Positions 24,826 to 33,300 are shown, counted from the stretch's first letter. The stretch is DNA of 36,976 nucleotides from Anaerolineae bacterium (GCA_050049955.1 JASFVG010000002.1:1-36976), one strand, 5' to 3'. Program-made: numbers and translations. The notes: generated by a model from the sequence alone, not told the origin.

Positions 24826-25176
24826 TCACGTTCCGTGATAGATCTTCTCTGCCAGTTCTGCGAACTGGTCGGCGACTTGAGCTGCGGTTCTATCCGCTTC
24901 GTTTATGATGTCCCGAGCGCTGTTTATCCCCTCAACCTTCCTTCTGAAGCGGTCGATGATGCTCTCCGACTCAGGAAGGAAGGTGGAACGGCATTCCTGG
25001 ACAAAGAGCTCTGCACCAGCTCCTTCCCAGATGCCACCTTTCTCGACGCGAGTGACCATGTCCTGGATTGGCTTCATTACATCTTCAGCCCACCCTTGCT
25101 GAAGTTTGTTGATCCGTCCCACAACCTCGTCAACTGAGGGATTGACAAGCTTCAAGATACCCGACAGTAGCCCCAT
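24826..25176 (-). CDS. WXG100 family protein
   Basis: 116 aa starting MGLLSGILK. The canonical central motif is GGIWEGAGAELF. AGGAGG lies 6 nt upstream of ATG 25176. The longer track ORF (to 25413) overlaps the neighbouring WXG gene out of frame and is rejected. Confidence 0.75.
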   Translation of the reverse strand: MGLLSGILKLVNPSVDEVVGRINKLQQGWAEDVMKPIQDMVTRVEKGGIWEGAGAELFVQECRSTFLPESESIIDRFRRKVEGINSARDIINEADRTAAQVADQFAELAEKIYHGT

Positions 25177-25189
25177 CGTTCGCCTCCTG

Positions 25190-25486
25190 TTACTGATAGA
25201 ACTCACCAGCTTCTTTATCAGCCTCTTCCATCGCCCGCTTCGCATACAGGATGTCTTTCGCAAGTTCCGCGTGCTTCTCGGCCAGGCTCTCCATCGCCCT
25301 GGCCATCGCCCGGCAGCCCTGAGTGAACTTCTCGCCAGCCGAGCCCAGTAGGGCTCCATCCTCCAGTTGCTGGGCAATACTGAACACTTCGCTCTTTGCT
25401 GGCCCCAGGGCATCGGCGGCCCCGGTGTAGGCCCCGTGCAGCTCGTCCATGAACTCCATGTCCATACGGATTACATCTTCAGCCAT
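25190..25486 (-). CDS. WXG100-like protein (degenerate motif LLGSAGEKF)
   Basis: 98 aa, helical hairpin length. The central turn is GALLGSAGEKF, with the Trp replaced by Leu. SD AAGGAGG upstream. It lies immediately upstream of the canonical WXG gene (13-nt gap), the pairing expected for heterodimeric Esx-type partners. Confidence 0.6.
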   Translation of the reverse strand: MAEDVIRMDMEFMDELHGAYTGAADALGPAKSEVFSIAQQLEDGALLGSAGEKFTQGCRAMARAMESLAEKHAELAKDILYAKRAMEEADKEAGEFYQ

Positions 25487-25513
25487 GTCTACCTCCTTAG
25501 GACAGTTGTTCTA

Positions 25514-25577
25514 CTGCTGCGGGCCAAGAGTCCGTCCGCGAGGCCAGGACTCTGGGACAGATGGTGGCCCGCCGCAG
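25514..25577 (-). promoter_or_regulatory. Structured intergenic element (bipartite hairpin) between the first and second WXG100-like genes
   Basis: gcgggcca (25519-25526) pairs with tggcccgc (25565-25572). agagtcc (25527-25533) pairs with ggactct (25547-25553). An outer ctgc/gcag pair sits at 25514-25517 and 25574-25577. There is a 13-nt apical loop and an 11-nt internal loop. Confidence 0.4.
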
Positions 25578-25582
25578 GTAGT

Positions 25583-25888
25583 CTATGATCCAGTTCGAAC
25601 GTTGTGGGCGGCTTCTGCTTCTCCAGTCGCAGTATCAAGAATCTCCACAATCTTGTTGATGCCCTCGATACCTTGTTCCAGGGCATCCATCATACGCTCC
25701 CGACCCATTGCCACCTCATAAGCCTCGTCCCAGAACGAGTCTGCTGCGTCACCCTTCCACATCTTGTGTAGAGAATTCATTGCTAACGTAGTCCTGTTGC
25801 AAGGTTCCGCGAGGTCATGCCATACGTGTCTGAGTTTCGTGCCTATCTCCTTCAGCGCCTCGAGATCAGCCCGAATTGTGTCTGCCAT
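25583..25888 (-). CDS. WXG100 family protein
   Basis: 101 aa with central motif KMWKGDAADSFW (W-x-G). SD AGGAGGAGG upstream of ATG 25888. It is the first gene of the four-gene WXG block. Confidence 0.75.
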   Translation of the reverse strand: MADTIRADLEALKEIGTKLRHVWHDLAEPCNRTTLAMNSLHKMWKGDAADSFWDEAYEVAMGRERMMDALEQGIEGINKIVEILDTATGEAEAAHNVRTGS

Positions 25889-26132
25889 GGGTCCTCCTCC
25901 TGAGTGATGTTCCCCAGCCCTTCTCTCGATGGGTTTAGAACCAACCTACCGTGACCTCCAGTGTACCTACTGTGTGTATTCGTCAGTTCTCATCACCTCC
26001 TCGCAAGCACCGAAGCTGTCGTCAGAGCCTGGGCGAACCAGACTCCATGCCCCGCGCAGGTCTCCGAGCAATAGGCATCGGCTTCCTTCCTTCCCGACTG
26101 CGCGTACCCGCGACCCCGAGAGGCCATCCCGC

Positions 26133-27761
26133 CTACCGCCGCCTTGCCGGCTCCAAGACCAGGTGCGTTTCTCGGCCAATGCCGACCCGTGTGCGGGCCG
26201 TGATGTCCAGAAGCACAGGGCTCTCTGCAGCGATGCGCTCGCCGTTTACGTAGGTACCGTTGGCGCTCAGCTTGTCCACAATGTAGAGGCCGCGTTGGCC
26301 GAAGCGGATCTCGGCGTGGCGCCGCGAGACGCCCGTGTCGGTGGTGAGATCCAGGTCACACTCCCCTCGGCCGATGGTGAACGGAAAGCGCACCACATCG
26401 ATTCGCTCGCCCACTCGGCCCTGGTCGGGAAAGGCCTCAACAGTCACGGCAAGCCGCGGCGGGGCCGCCAGAACACGCTGCTGCGTCGTCGCCGGCTGGC
26501 GTTGGGACTCGCGCCCCACGGATGGTGGGTTGAGCGGCAGCCCTGCCGTCTTGGAGGCGCTCAGCCCTCCGGCCTGCATCAGCGGTGTGCCACTGATCCG
26601 CCTTTCCCACAGGCTGCGGAAGACCAACCAGCCCACCACGGCCAGAATGATGAAGGCTATGGTCACCGGTATCACCGGATTGGCTCGCAGCCCGTTCATG
26701 ACGACCTCCCCAAGCCCAGGTGGCCTGGGCGGCACGTAGGTGGTCTCGCCCGCTACGCTGGCTAGCGTTTGGCCCTCCGCGTCGAGGGCCTCCACCACGA
26801 CCACGTACTCCCCGGGCGAGAGCAGGGCCAGCGGAACAGTGATGGGCGGTGCGTCGGTCGCCTGCGCGTTATGCATCATGGCCACTTCGTTCTTGTCGGG
26901 ATGGATCAGCGAGACCCGATACTCCCGCACCCGCTCGTTGCTCTCTACTTCTAGGTCCACAAGCAGAGCTGGGACGTCGTGGTCGAAGTGAAACAAGGGC
27001 TGGGTCATTGCGGGCAAGGGCAGCTGGTAGGTTAGGACGTCTTCGATGGTGGTCAGTGTGCTGCCCGCTGCATCCAACGCCTGAACCACGACCAGGTATT
27101 GACCTTCGGCCACGCTGTCGAGCGATATGGTGATGGGAGGTGTACCAGCCGCCTCGACCCGCTGATCGAGAGTCACCACGTTCGTCCCTTCGCCCTTCAA
27201 GATCACCCGGTAACCGGCGATCTTGACGGCGTCCACCGTCTCCATGTCGATGTTCAGCGCCCTCGCCTCCAGATCGAGGGTGAATAGCAGAGCCCCAATA
27301 TGCACGCCCGTCAGGTCAGGGGCATGCACAAACTCGCGCTCTGCTGAAATGGGACTGCCCTGCTCTGAGATCAGAGGCATCCCATCCGGAGCGAACGCCA
27401 TGACCTCAACCCGATACGTCTGACCGGTGATCAGCCCGGCCGCCTCCAGTTGAATCGTTTGGCTGGCACCCGGCTGCGCGATGGCATACCGTTGCACTTC
27501 GACCCCTAGTTGGTTCCACAAGACGACCTGCAGGCTGCCAATCGCCTCGTGATGAGCCAGCGCCAGATCGAGTTCGTAGATGTCCCTCGCGGCATCATAT
27601 CTGACGCCAGTCAGGCTGACACTGGTAGGTACGGGCTGGTCGGACTGGGCCCTCACAGGCACCAGCAGCGCCGGCCCCAGCACCAGCAGCAACGTCCAGG
27701 CCACCACGCGTGTCCACCTCAAAGCAAACATCGAAAACAGGCGTCCCTTCATTGTGCCCAT
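26133..27761 (-). CDS. Single-pass membrane protein: signal/anchor, three extracytoplasmic ~95-aa repeats, TM helix, cytoplasmic FHA domain
   Basis: Signal-like segment WTRVVAWTLLLVLGPALLVPVRAQS. Three internally similar modules lie at about nt 26733-27626 and end in ...GQTYRVEVMAFAPDG, ...GQYLVVVQALDAAG and ...GEYVVVVEALDAEG. TM helix PVIPVTIAFIILAVVGWLVF (nt 26619-26681). FHA domain FPFTIGRGECDLDL...VSRRHAEI...LYIVDKLSANGTYVNGERI (nt about 26160-26399). The start is placed at ATG 27761 or 27752. The track extension to 27995 overlaps the FG-GAP gene. Confidence 0.75.
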   Translation of the reverse strand: MGTMKGRLFSMFALRWTRVVAWTLLLVLGPALLVPVRAQSDQPVPTSVSLTGVRYDAARDIYELDLALAHHEAIGSLQVVLWNQLGVEVQRYAIAQPGASQTIQLEAAGLITGQTYRVEVMAFAPDGMPLISEQGSPISAEREFVHAPDLTGVHIGALLFTLDLEARALNIDMETVDAVKIAGYRVILKGEGTNVVTLDQRVEAAGTPPITISLDSVAEGQYLVVVQALDAAGSTLTTIEDVLTYQLPLPAMTQPLFHFDHDVPALLVDLEVESNERVREYRVSLIHPDKNEVAMMHNAQATDAPPITVPLALLSPGEYVVVVEALDAEGQTLASVAGETTYVPPRPPGLGEVVMNGLRANPVIPVTIAFIILAVVGWLVFRSLWERRISGTPLMQAGGLSASKTAGLPLNPPSVGRESQRQPATTQQRVLAAPPRLAVTVEAFPDQGRVGERIDVVRFPFTIGRGECDLDLTTDTGVSRRHAEIRFGQRGLYIVDKLSANGTYVNGERIAAESPVLLDITARTRVGIGRETHLVLEPARRR

Positions 27762-27948
27762 CTTCCCCAGGGCGGTCCAGCCACGGAAGGCATTGTGGCC
27801 ATGGATCGGCAAACCCATGCCGCGGACCGGGACGCTGATCGCGCGGACTGGCGCGCGCCTTGCCGCGGGGGGCTGGATCCGGGCTTCGTTTCTGCTCCCC
27901 ACAGGGTCAAGAGACGGGGCGCACAGCGAGGTACTCTGTCTGACATCG

Positions 27949-29691
27949 TCACGAGACCCTCCCAGGTCTCTCTTGCGCGGTCGAACCCCGCCCATCGGAC
28001 GGGGATTGACGCTGTATCAACGGTAGGTAGACCCGCCGCCTCACCGGCCCGACTACGATCAGAGTAGCTCCAAAGCCATCTGCTTCCTCCGCGGTGCCCT
28101 CGATGCCCGGGCTGTCCTGGTGCCACATCTGGTCCTTGTCAGCCGACAGGCCGCTGGACGAGCCGTACAAGACGTTGACGGCGCCAGCGTTCGTTATGGC
28201 TGGGCTGGCCACGTCCTCTCCCGGAACCCCCACGGCCAGGTCGGCGTGACCATCCCCGTCAAGATCGCCCGAAGCCAAGGCAGATCCAAAGTAGTCCATC
28301 TGTTGAGCCACGCCGATGACCCCTGCACTGTCCTGATACCATAGCTGATCCCCCGTGGCGGTGAGTCCCGCGCGTGAGCCGTACAGGACGTTCACAACAC
28401 CGGCGTCTGCCACCTCTGGGTTCCCAACATCCTCATAAGGGACACCCACCGCCAGGTCGGCGCAGCCATCTCCGTCCAGGTCGCCAGCAGTCAAGGCGGA
28501 CCCGAACCGATCGCCGAGCTGAGCCACGCCACCAACGCCCGGGCTGTCCTGGTGCCACATCCGGTTCCCCGGGACGGTGAGCCCTACGGACGAGCCCATC
28601 AGGATGTTTACAGCACCTCCACCTGGCATAGGCAGTCCTCCGGCCGAATCTCCCGGCACACCCACGGCCAGGTCGAGATAACCGTCGCCGTCAAAGTCGC
28701 CGGTGGCCAAGGCAAACCCGAACTCATCAAACTCCCTGGGCGTGCCTTCAACGTCCGGACTGTCCTGGTACCACATTTGGTCCCCCATGGCCGAGAGGCC
28801 GTCGGACGAGCCGTATAGGACGTTCACGGCACCCGCATCTGTCACTTCTGGGTTTCCAACATCTTCATGCGGAACACCTATGGCCAGGTCGGCATAGCCG
28901 TCTCCATTCAGGTCACCGGCAGCCAGTGAATACCCAAACCAATCTCCCCACTCGGCCACGCCAACAGCTTCTGGGCTGTTCTGGTGCCACCACTGGTTTC
29001 CGACGGCGGTGAGCCCTTGGGATGAGCCGTATAGAACATTCAAAGCGCCAGCGTCTCCCAAGCCCTCGACATTGTCGAATGGGACGCCGACGGCCAGGTC
29101 GATGTAGCCATCCCCGTCAAAGTCGCCAGCGGCTAGAGCCAGCCCGAACCCATCCCCTGCCTCCCCGGCGCCCTCAATGCCCGGGCCGTCCTGGTACCAG
29201 AGCTGGTCTCCCACAGGGGACAGACCTGCGACCGAGCCATACAAGACGGCTACGGCACCAGCGTTTTCCACTTCCGGGCTCCCCAAGTCTTCATGCGGGA
29301 CGCCCACAGCCAGGTCGACGTAGCCGTCCCCGTCGAAATCGCCCGCGGTCAATGCACCACCGAAGCGATCGCCACCTTCAGCCCAGTCCTCGACGTCGTT
29401 GGCGTCCTGGTGCCATAGCTGGTCCTCCGCAGCGGTGAGCCCCGCGGAGGAGCCGTACAGGACGTTCACAGCACCGACATCGTCTAGTTCTGGATGCTCA
29501 CTACCATCCAGTGGGACACCTATGGCCAGGCCGGCGTAGCGTTCTCCGGCAGAGGCGGGAGAGAACCGATGATCGCCGCCGGCACCGCCGCCGTGTATCG
29601 GCATTGGGCGCACGGCGAGGGCTGCCCACCAGTTCAAGAGGAAACACAGGCACCCAGCGCTCCTGAGGACATAACTTCTCTTTCTACGCAT
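27949..29691 (-). CDS. Secreted FG-GAP (integrin-alpha-like) repeat protein, 7 repeats
   Basis: Signal peptide (SAGCLCFLLNWWAALAV). Seven repeats follow the pattern FGxALAxGDxDGDGYxDLAVGVPxEDxG....AGAVNVLYGSxxGLTAxGDQxWHQDSPGV and include DxDGDG Ca-binding-type loops. SD AGAGG upstream of ATG 29691. Confidence 0.85.
   Translation of the reverse strand: MRRKRSYVLRSAGCLCFLLNWWAALAVRPMPIHGGGAGGDHRFSPASAGERYAGLAIGVPLDGSEHPELDDVGAVNVLYGSSAGLTAAEDQLWHQDANDVEDWAEGGDRFGGALTAGDFDGDGYVDLAVGVPHEDLGSPEVENAGAVAVLYGSVAGLSPVGDQLWYQDGPGIEGAGEAGDGFGLALAAGDFDGDGYIDLAVGVPFDNVEGLGDAGALNVLYGSSQGLTAVGNQWWHQNSPEAVGVAEWGDWFGYSLAAGDLNGDGYADLAIGVPHEDVGNPEVTDAGAVNVLYGSSDGLSAMGDQMWYQDSPDVEGTPREFDEFGFALATGDFDGDGYLDLAVGVPGDSAGGLPMPGGGAVNILMGSSVGLTVPGNRMWHQDSPGVGGVAQLGDRFGSALTAGDLDGDGCADLAVGVPYEDVGNPEVADAGVVNVLYGSRAGLTATGDQLWYQDSAGVIGVAQQMDYFGSALASGDLDGDGHADLAVGVPGEDVASPAITNAGAVNVLYGSSSGLSADKDQMWHQDSPGIEGTAEEADGFGATLIVVGPVRRRVYLPLIQRQSPSDGRGSTAQERPGRVS
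28060..29580 (-). repeat. Coding tandem repeat, 216-bp (72-codon) period, about 7 copies (FG-GAP blades)
   Basis: The anchor string gccaggtcg (gccaggccg in the last copy) recurs at 28235, 28451, 28667, 28883, 29093, 29309 and 29525. The spacings are 216, 216, 216, 210, 216 and 216 bp. Confidence 0.8.
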
Positions 29692-29700
29692 CGCCGACCT

Positions 29701-29976
29701 CTATCTCTCGATCGTCATTCGTCCAGTTGTACTGGGATCTTTCCTGCTAGATGGTTTGGATCCTTGGCGCGCTAACTCAACCCTGAGGAAGGAGAGCAGC
29801 GCCTCCAGACTGCCGAATCCCTGCCGGCGTCGCTCGCCAAAGACCTCCTCCACGGCGAACCGCCAGGGACTTGCCCGATCTGTCCCACTATCCCGCTCCT
29901 GCCAGCAGCGCAGCAAATAGGCGCGATACCCCTCATATTCGTCCTTGCGCATCAGCAATCGCCTGAGATTGGGCAT
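29701..29976 (-). CDS. Small hypothetical protein (91 aa), first gene of the minus-strand cluster
   Basis: SD GAGGGAAGAG upstream of ATG 29976. The stop is 7 nt before the FG-GAP start. The sequence looks like a real protein (YRAYLLRCWQERD...PWRFAVEEVFGERRRQGFGSLEALLSFL). I recall this pattern from small proteins in Chloroflexota/Cyanobacteria but cannot name a family. Confidence 0.5.
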   Translation of the reverse strand: MPNLRRLLMRKDEYEGYRAYLLRCWQERDSGTDRASPWRFAVEEVFGERRRQGFGSLEALLSFLRVELARQGSKPSSRKDPSTTGRMTIER

Positions 29977-29991
29977 CTCTTCCCTCGATTC

Positions 29992-30020
29992 TTGTCAAAA
30001 GCAATAGACGCTGCTATAGT
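29992..30020 (+). promoter_or_regulatory. Candidate sigma70-type promoter TTGTCA-N17-TATAGT facing the SARP-STAND gene
   Basis: -35 TTGTCA at 29992-29997, an exact 17-nt spacer, and -10 TATAGT at 30015-30020. The predicted transcription start near 30027 gives a leader of about 300 nt before ATG 30327. Confidence 0.4.
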
Positions 30021-30326
30021 CGCCTACAATCGCGTCGCTGATGCACCGTCACCGAACCCCAATACTCGCCATTCTACGTAGGTGTTCACACAACAACGGG
30101 CCTAACACGAAGCTCTCAGGTCACGGTCACCGACATCTCAACGTACGGGGTTCGTCTGGTTCGTCGCTCCACTGGACGTCAACCCTCGGAGTGCACCGTT
30201 GGTGGGAAAGCCAGTCCGTGACTACGGTGCCATCTTTCGCCTTCATCAGGTGCGATTCGTCCATAACCTATCATCAAGCGCTTTGGCAACCCTTAGACGG
30301 TCATTAAGCAGTCCCTGGGGGAAGGA

Positions 30327-33300
30327 ATGAAGGGCGCATTCCACTTGCGGCTTCTGGGGCCGGTGCATATCGAGCACGATGGCAAGCCGGTGCGGGGCTT
30401 CAGGTCCCGGAAGGCGCTGGCGCTGCTGGCCTACCTGGCCGTGGAGGGTCAGCCCGTTCCCCGACAGCGTCTGGTCGACCTGTTCTGGGGGGACAAGGCG
30501 GAGTCTCAAGGCCGGAACAACCTCAGTTGGGTGCTGCACAGACTCTCCACACGCCTGCCGGGCTGCCTGCAGGCCGACCGCCACACCGTCGAGTTCCCGC
30601 GGGGACCTTCGGGCGGTAGCTGTTGGCTGGATCTTGACACCTTCGAAGAACTGGCGACACAGGGCGACGCCGCATCACTGGAAAGGGCTGCGGAGTTGTA
30701 TCGGGGGGAGTTTCTGGAGGGATTGTACCTGAAGGGCTGCCCTGAGTTCGAGCTGTGGCAGGTGCGGGAACGGGAGCGGTGGCGCCGCCGGGTGACCGGG
30801 GTGTTGAACGAACTCGTCGGGCATCACAGTCGGCAAGGCAAAATAGAACAGGGATTGCACTTCGCCCGCCGCCTATTGCGATTGGAGCCCTGGCGGGAGG
30901 AGGCTCACCGGGCAGCGATGCGGCTTCTGGCACAGGGCGGTCAGCGAAGCGCGGCGTTGGCCCAGCACGAAACCTGTCGCCGCATTCTGGCCGAAGAGCT
31001 GGGCGTGGAGCCCTCTGAGGCGACCGAACGCCTGTACCAGCAGATCCAGGCTGGAGACCTGGCGTCCGTGGCCGCGGTTCGCGGGCTCGATCTCCTCTCT
31101 CAGCCTCCAGCCCCTGGCGACCCCCCCTTCAAGGGGTTGGCGTTCTTCGACGTGGCCGATGCCGATCTATTCTTCGGCCGCGACATCCTCACTGCCCGCC
31201 TCGTCCAGCTTCTTGGCGAGCCACCGACTCCTTCCCCGGAGGAAGGAGTCGGTGGAGGGGGCTTCTTGGCCGTCGTCGGCACGTCGGGCTGCGGGAAGTC
31301 GTCGGTAGTGCGGGCCGGGTTGGTCGCGGCCCTACAGCGCGGCAAGCCCCTGGCCGATGGCACCCCACCGCCGGAGGGCAGCCACCTGTGGCCTGTGGTG
31401 ATCATCACCCCTACTGCCAACCCCCTGGAATCACTGGCCCTCGGCCTCACGCGCAGCGTGGACCCGATGCCGGCTGCAACCGCCCTAGTGGACAATATGG
31501 CCAGGGACTTCCGCAGCCTGCACCGCCATATCCGCAGGACGCTGTCCCCCTCTGCCCAGGCCCGGACGGGGCGTCGCCTCCTCCTGGTCGTCGATCAGTT
31601 CGAGGAGCTCTTCACTCAGTGTCACGATCCGGCCCAACGTGAGGCCTTCGTCGACAACCTGCTCACCGCCGCCGCTGCTCCCTCTCCCTCCCAGGGAGAG
31701 GGCTGGGGTGAGGGTGAGGGCCACGGTGGGGATGACGGTTCCACCCTTGTGGTCATCACCCTACGGGCCGACTTCTACCACCACTGCGCCCAGTTCGAGA
31801 GCCTGCGCGCAGCCTTGGAGCAGCACCAGGCCTACATCGGCCCCATGACGCTCGACGAACTGCGCAGCGCCATCGAGGAGCCAGCCCGGCGCAGCGGCTG
31901 GAACCTGGAGCCCGGCCTGGTCGACCTCCTCCTGCGCGACGTGGGCGACGAGCCCGGCGCTTTGCCCCTCCTCTCCCACGCTCTGCTCGAGACCTGGAAA
32001 CGGCGCCGGGGCCATACCCTTACACTCGGCGGGTACGCTGAGACCGGCGGCGTCCAAGGCGCGATTGCTATGACTGCGGAAGCGGTGTACCAACGACTGG
32101 ACGAGAGCCAGCAGGCCATCGCCCGCAACATCTTCCTTCGACTGACCGAGCTGGGAGAGTCGACGCAGGACACACGCCGCCGCGCCCGACTGGCCGAGCT
32201 CCTCCCGCGCCCCGAGGAGGCCACCACCGTAGAGACCGTCATCAACACGCTGGCCGACGCCCGCCTGATCACCACGGAGAGGGAGACTGTCCAGGTGGCC
32301 CACGAAGCGCTGATTCGCGAGTGGCCCTCCCTGCGAGAGTGGCTCGAGGAGGACCGGGCTTTCCGGGTTTGGCAGGGACGGCTGTGGGCGGCCCTGCGCC
32401 AGTGGGAGGCCAGCGACGGGGACGAGGGGGCGCTGCTGCGCGGCGCCCCTCTGATGGAAGCAGAGCAGTGGCTGGCGCAGCGTTCGGGCGACCTGAACCC
32501 GAACGAGCGCTCCTACATCCGGGAGAGCGTGAACGTACGGGAGCGAGAACAGACGGCGCAGGAGCGGAGGCGGCGGCGGCTGACGCTGGCGGCTGTGGGA
32601 GCGGCGGCCATCTTTCTGGCTCTGGCCGTATTTGGCAGGATAGGATGGCGGCAGGCCGAAGAACTGCGTCAAGAAGCGGAGGTGCGGCGCCAGGTCGCCC
32701 TCTCCCGACAGCTAGCGGCCCAGTCTGTCAACCAGCTGGGCGTTGGCAGCCACGCCACAGCCCTGCTCCTGGCCATAGAGGCGGGACGCGCAGCCGAGAC
32801 GGCTGAGGCTACTTCACTGCTGCACGAGCTCTTCACCCGCCTTGGGTATCCGATACTCACCCTCTCCGGTCACACGGATGGGGTTCAATGGGTCGAGTGG
32901 AACGAGGACGGAAGCCGCATCTTGACGGCCAGTTCTGATGGCACAGTCCGCGTGTGGGATGCGAGAACAGGCGCAGAGCTCATTGTGTTGTCCCGTCATG
33001 CGGGTGGTGTCACTCAGGCTATGTGGAACCGAGACGAACAGCTTGTTCTGACCGCTGGCGAGGACAGGGCAGCGCGTGTGTGGGATGCAGAAACAGGATC
33101 CGAGCTGGTCGCGCTGACTGGTCACAGGGATGCAGTCCGGCAGGCGGTGTGGGATTCCGACGAGAGCCGCATCCTGACGGCCAGCTCCGACGGCACGGCG
33201 CGGGTGTGGGATGCAAGCACGGGAGCCGAGGTACTCACCCTGTCCGGTCACGACGGGGCGATCAACCAGGCTGCGTGGAGCGACGACGAACACCGCATCC

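Noticed and set aside
25177-25413. N-terminal 79 codons of track ORF 24826-25413
   Set aside because: This stretch overlaps the 25190-25486 WXG100-like gene in another frame and is Arg/Trp-rich. A perfect AGGAGG lies 6 nt upstream of the internal ATG 25176, which yields a 116-aa WXG100-sized protein.
25889-26132. Promoter for the WXG100 block in the 244-bp gap upstream of gene 1
   Set aside because: Only weak hexamer combinations are present (for example a TACACT -10-like hexamer with a poorly spaced CTGACG). I could not support a specific call without transcription start data.
27762-27995. N-terminal extension of the FHA membrane protein ORF
   Set aside because: The extension overlaps the 3-prime end of the FG-GAP gene and is Arg/Pro-rich. 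The hydrophobic signal segment begins just after Met codons at 27761, 27752 and 27731.
28060-29580. Regularly spaced repeats that could superficially suggest a CRISPR-like or satellite array (also 32853-35040)
   Set aside because: The repeats are in frame within long ORFs and encode FG-GAP and WD40 blades. There are no short identical repeats separated by unique spacers and no cas genes.
30041-30307. 88-aa ORF in the leader upstream of the STAND gene
   Set aside because: It has no SD and an implausible composition (His/Arg/Ser/Trp-rich with no hydrophobic core pattern). I treat it as non-coding leader sequence.
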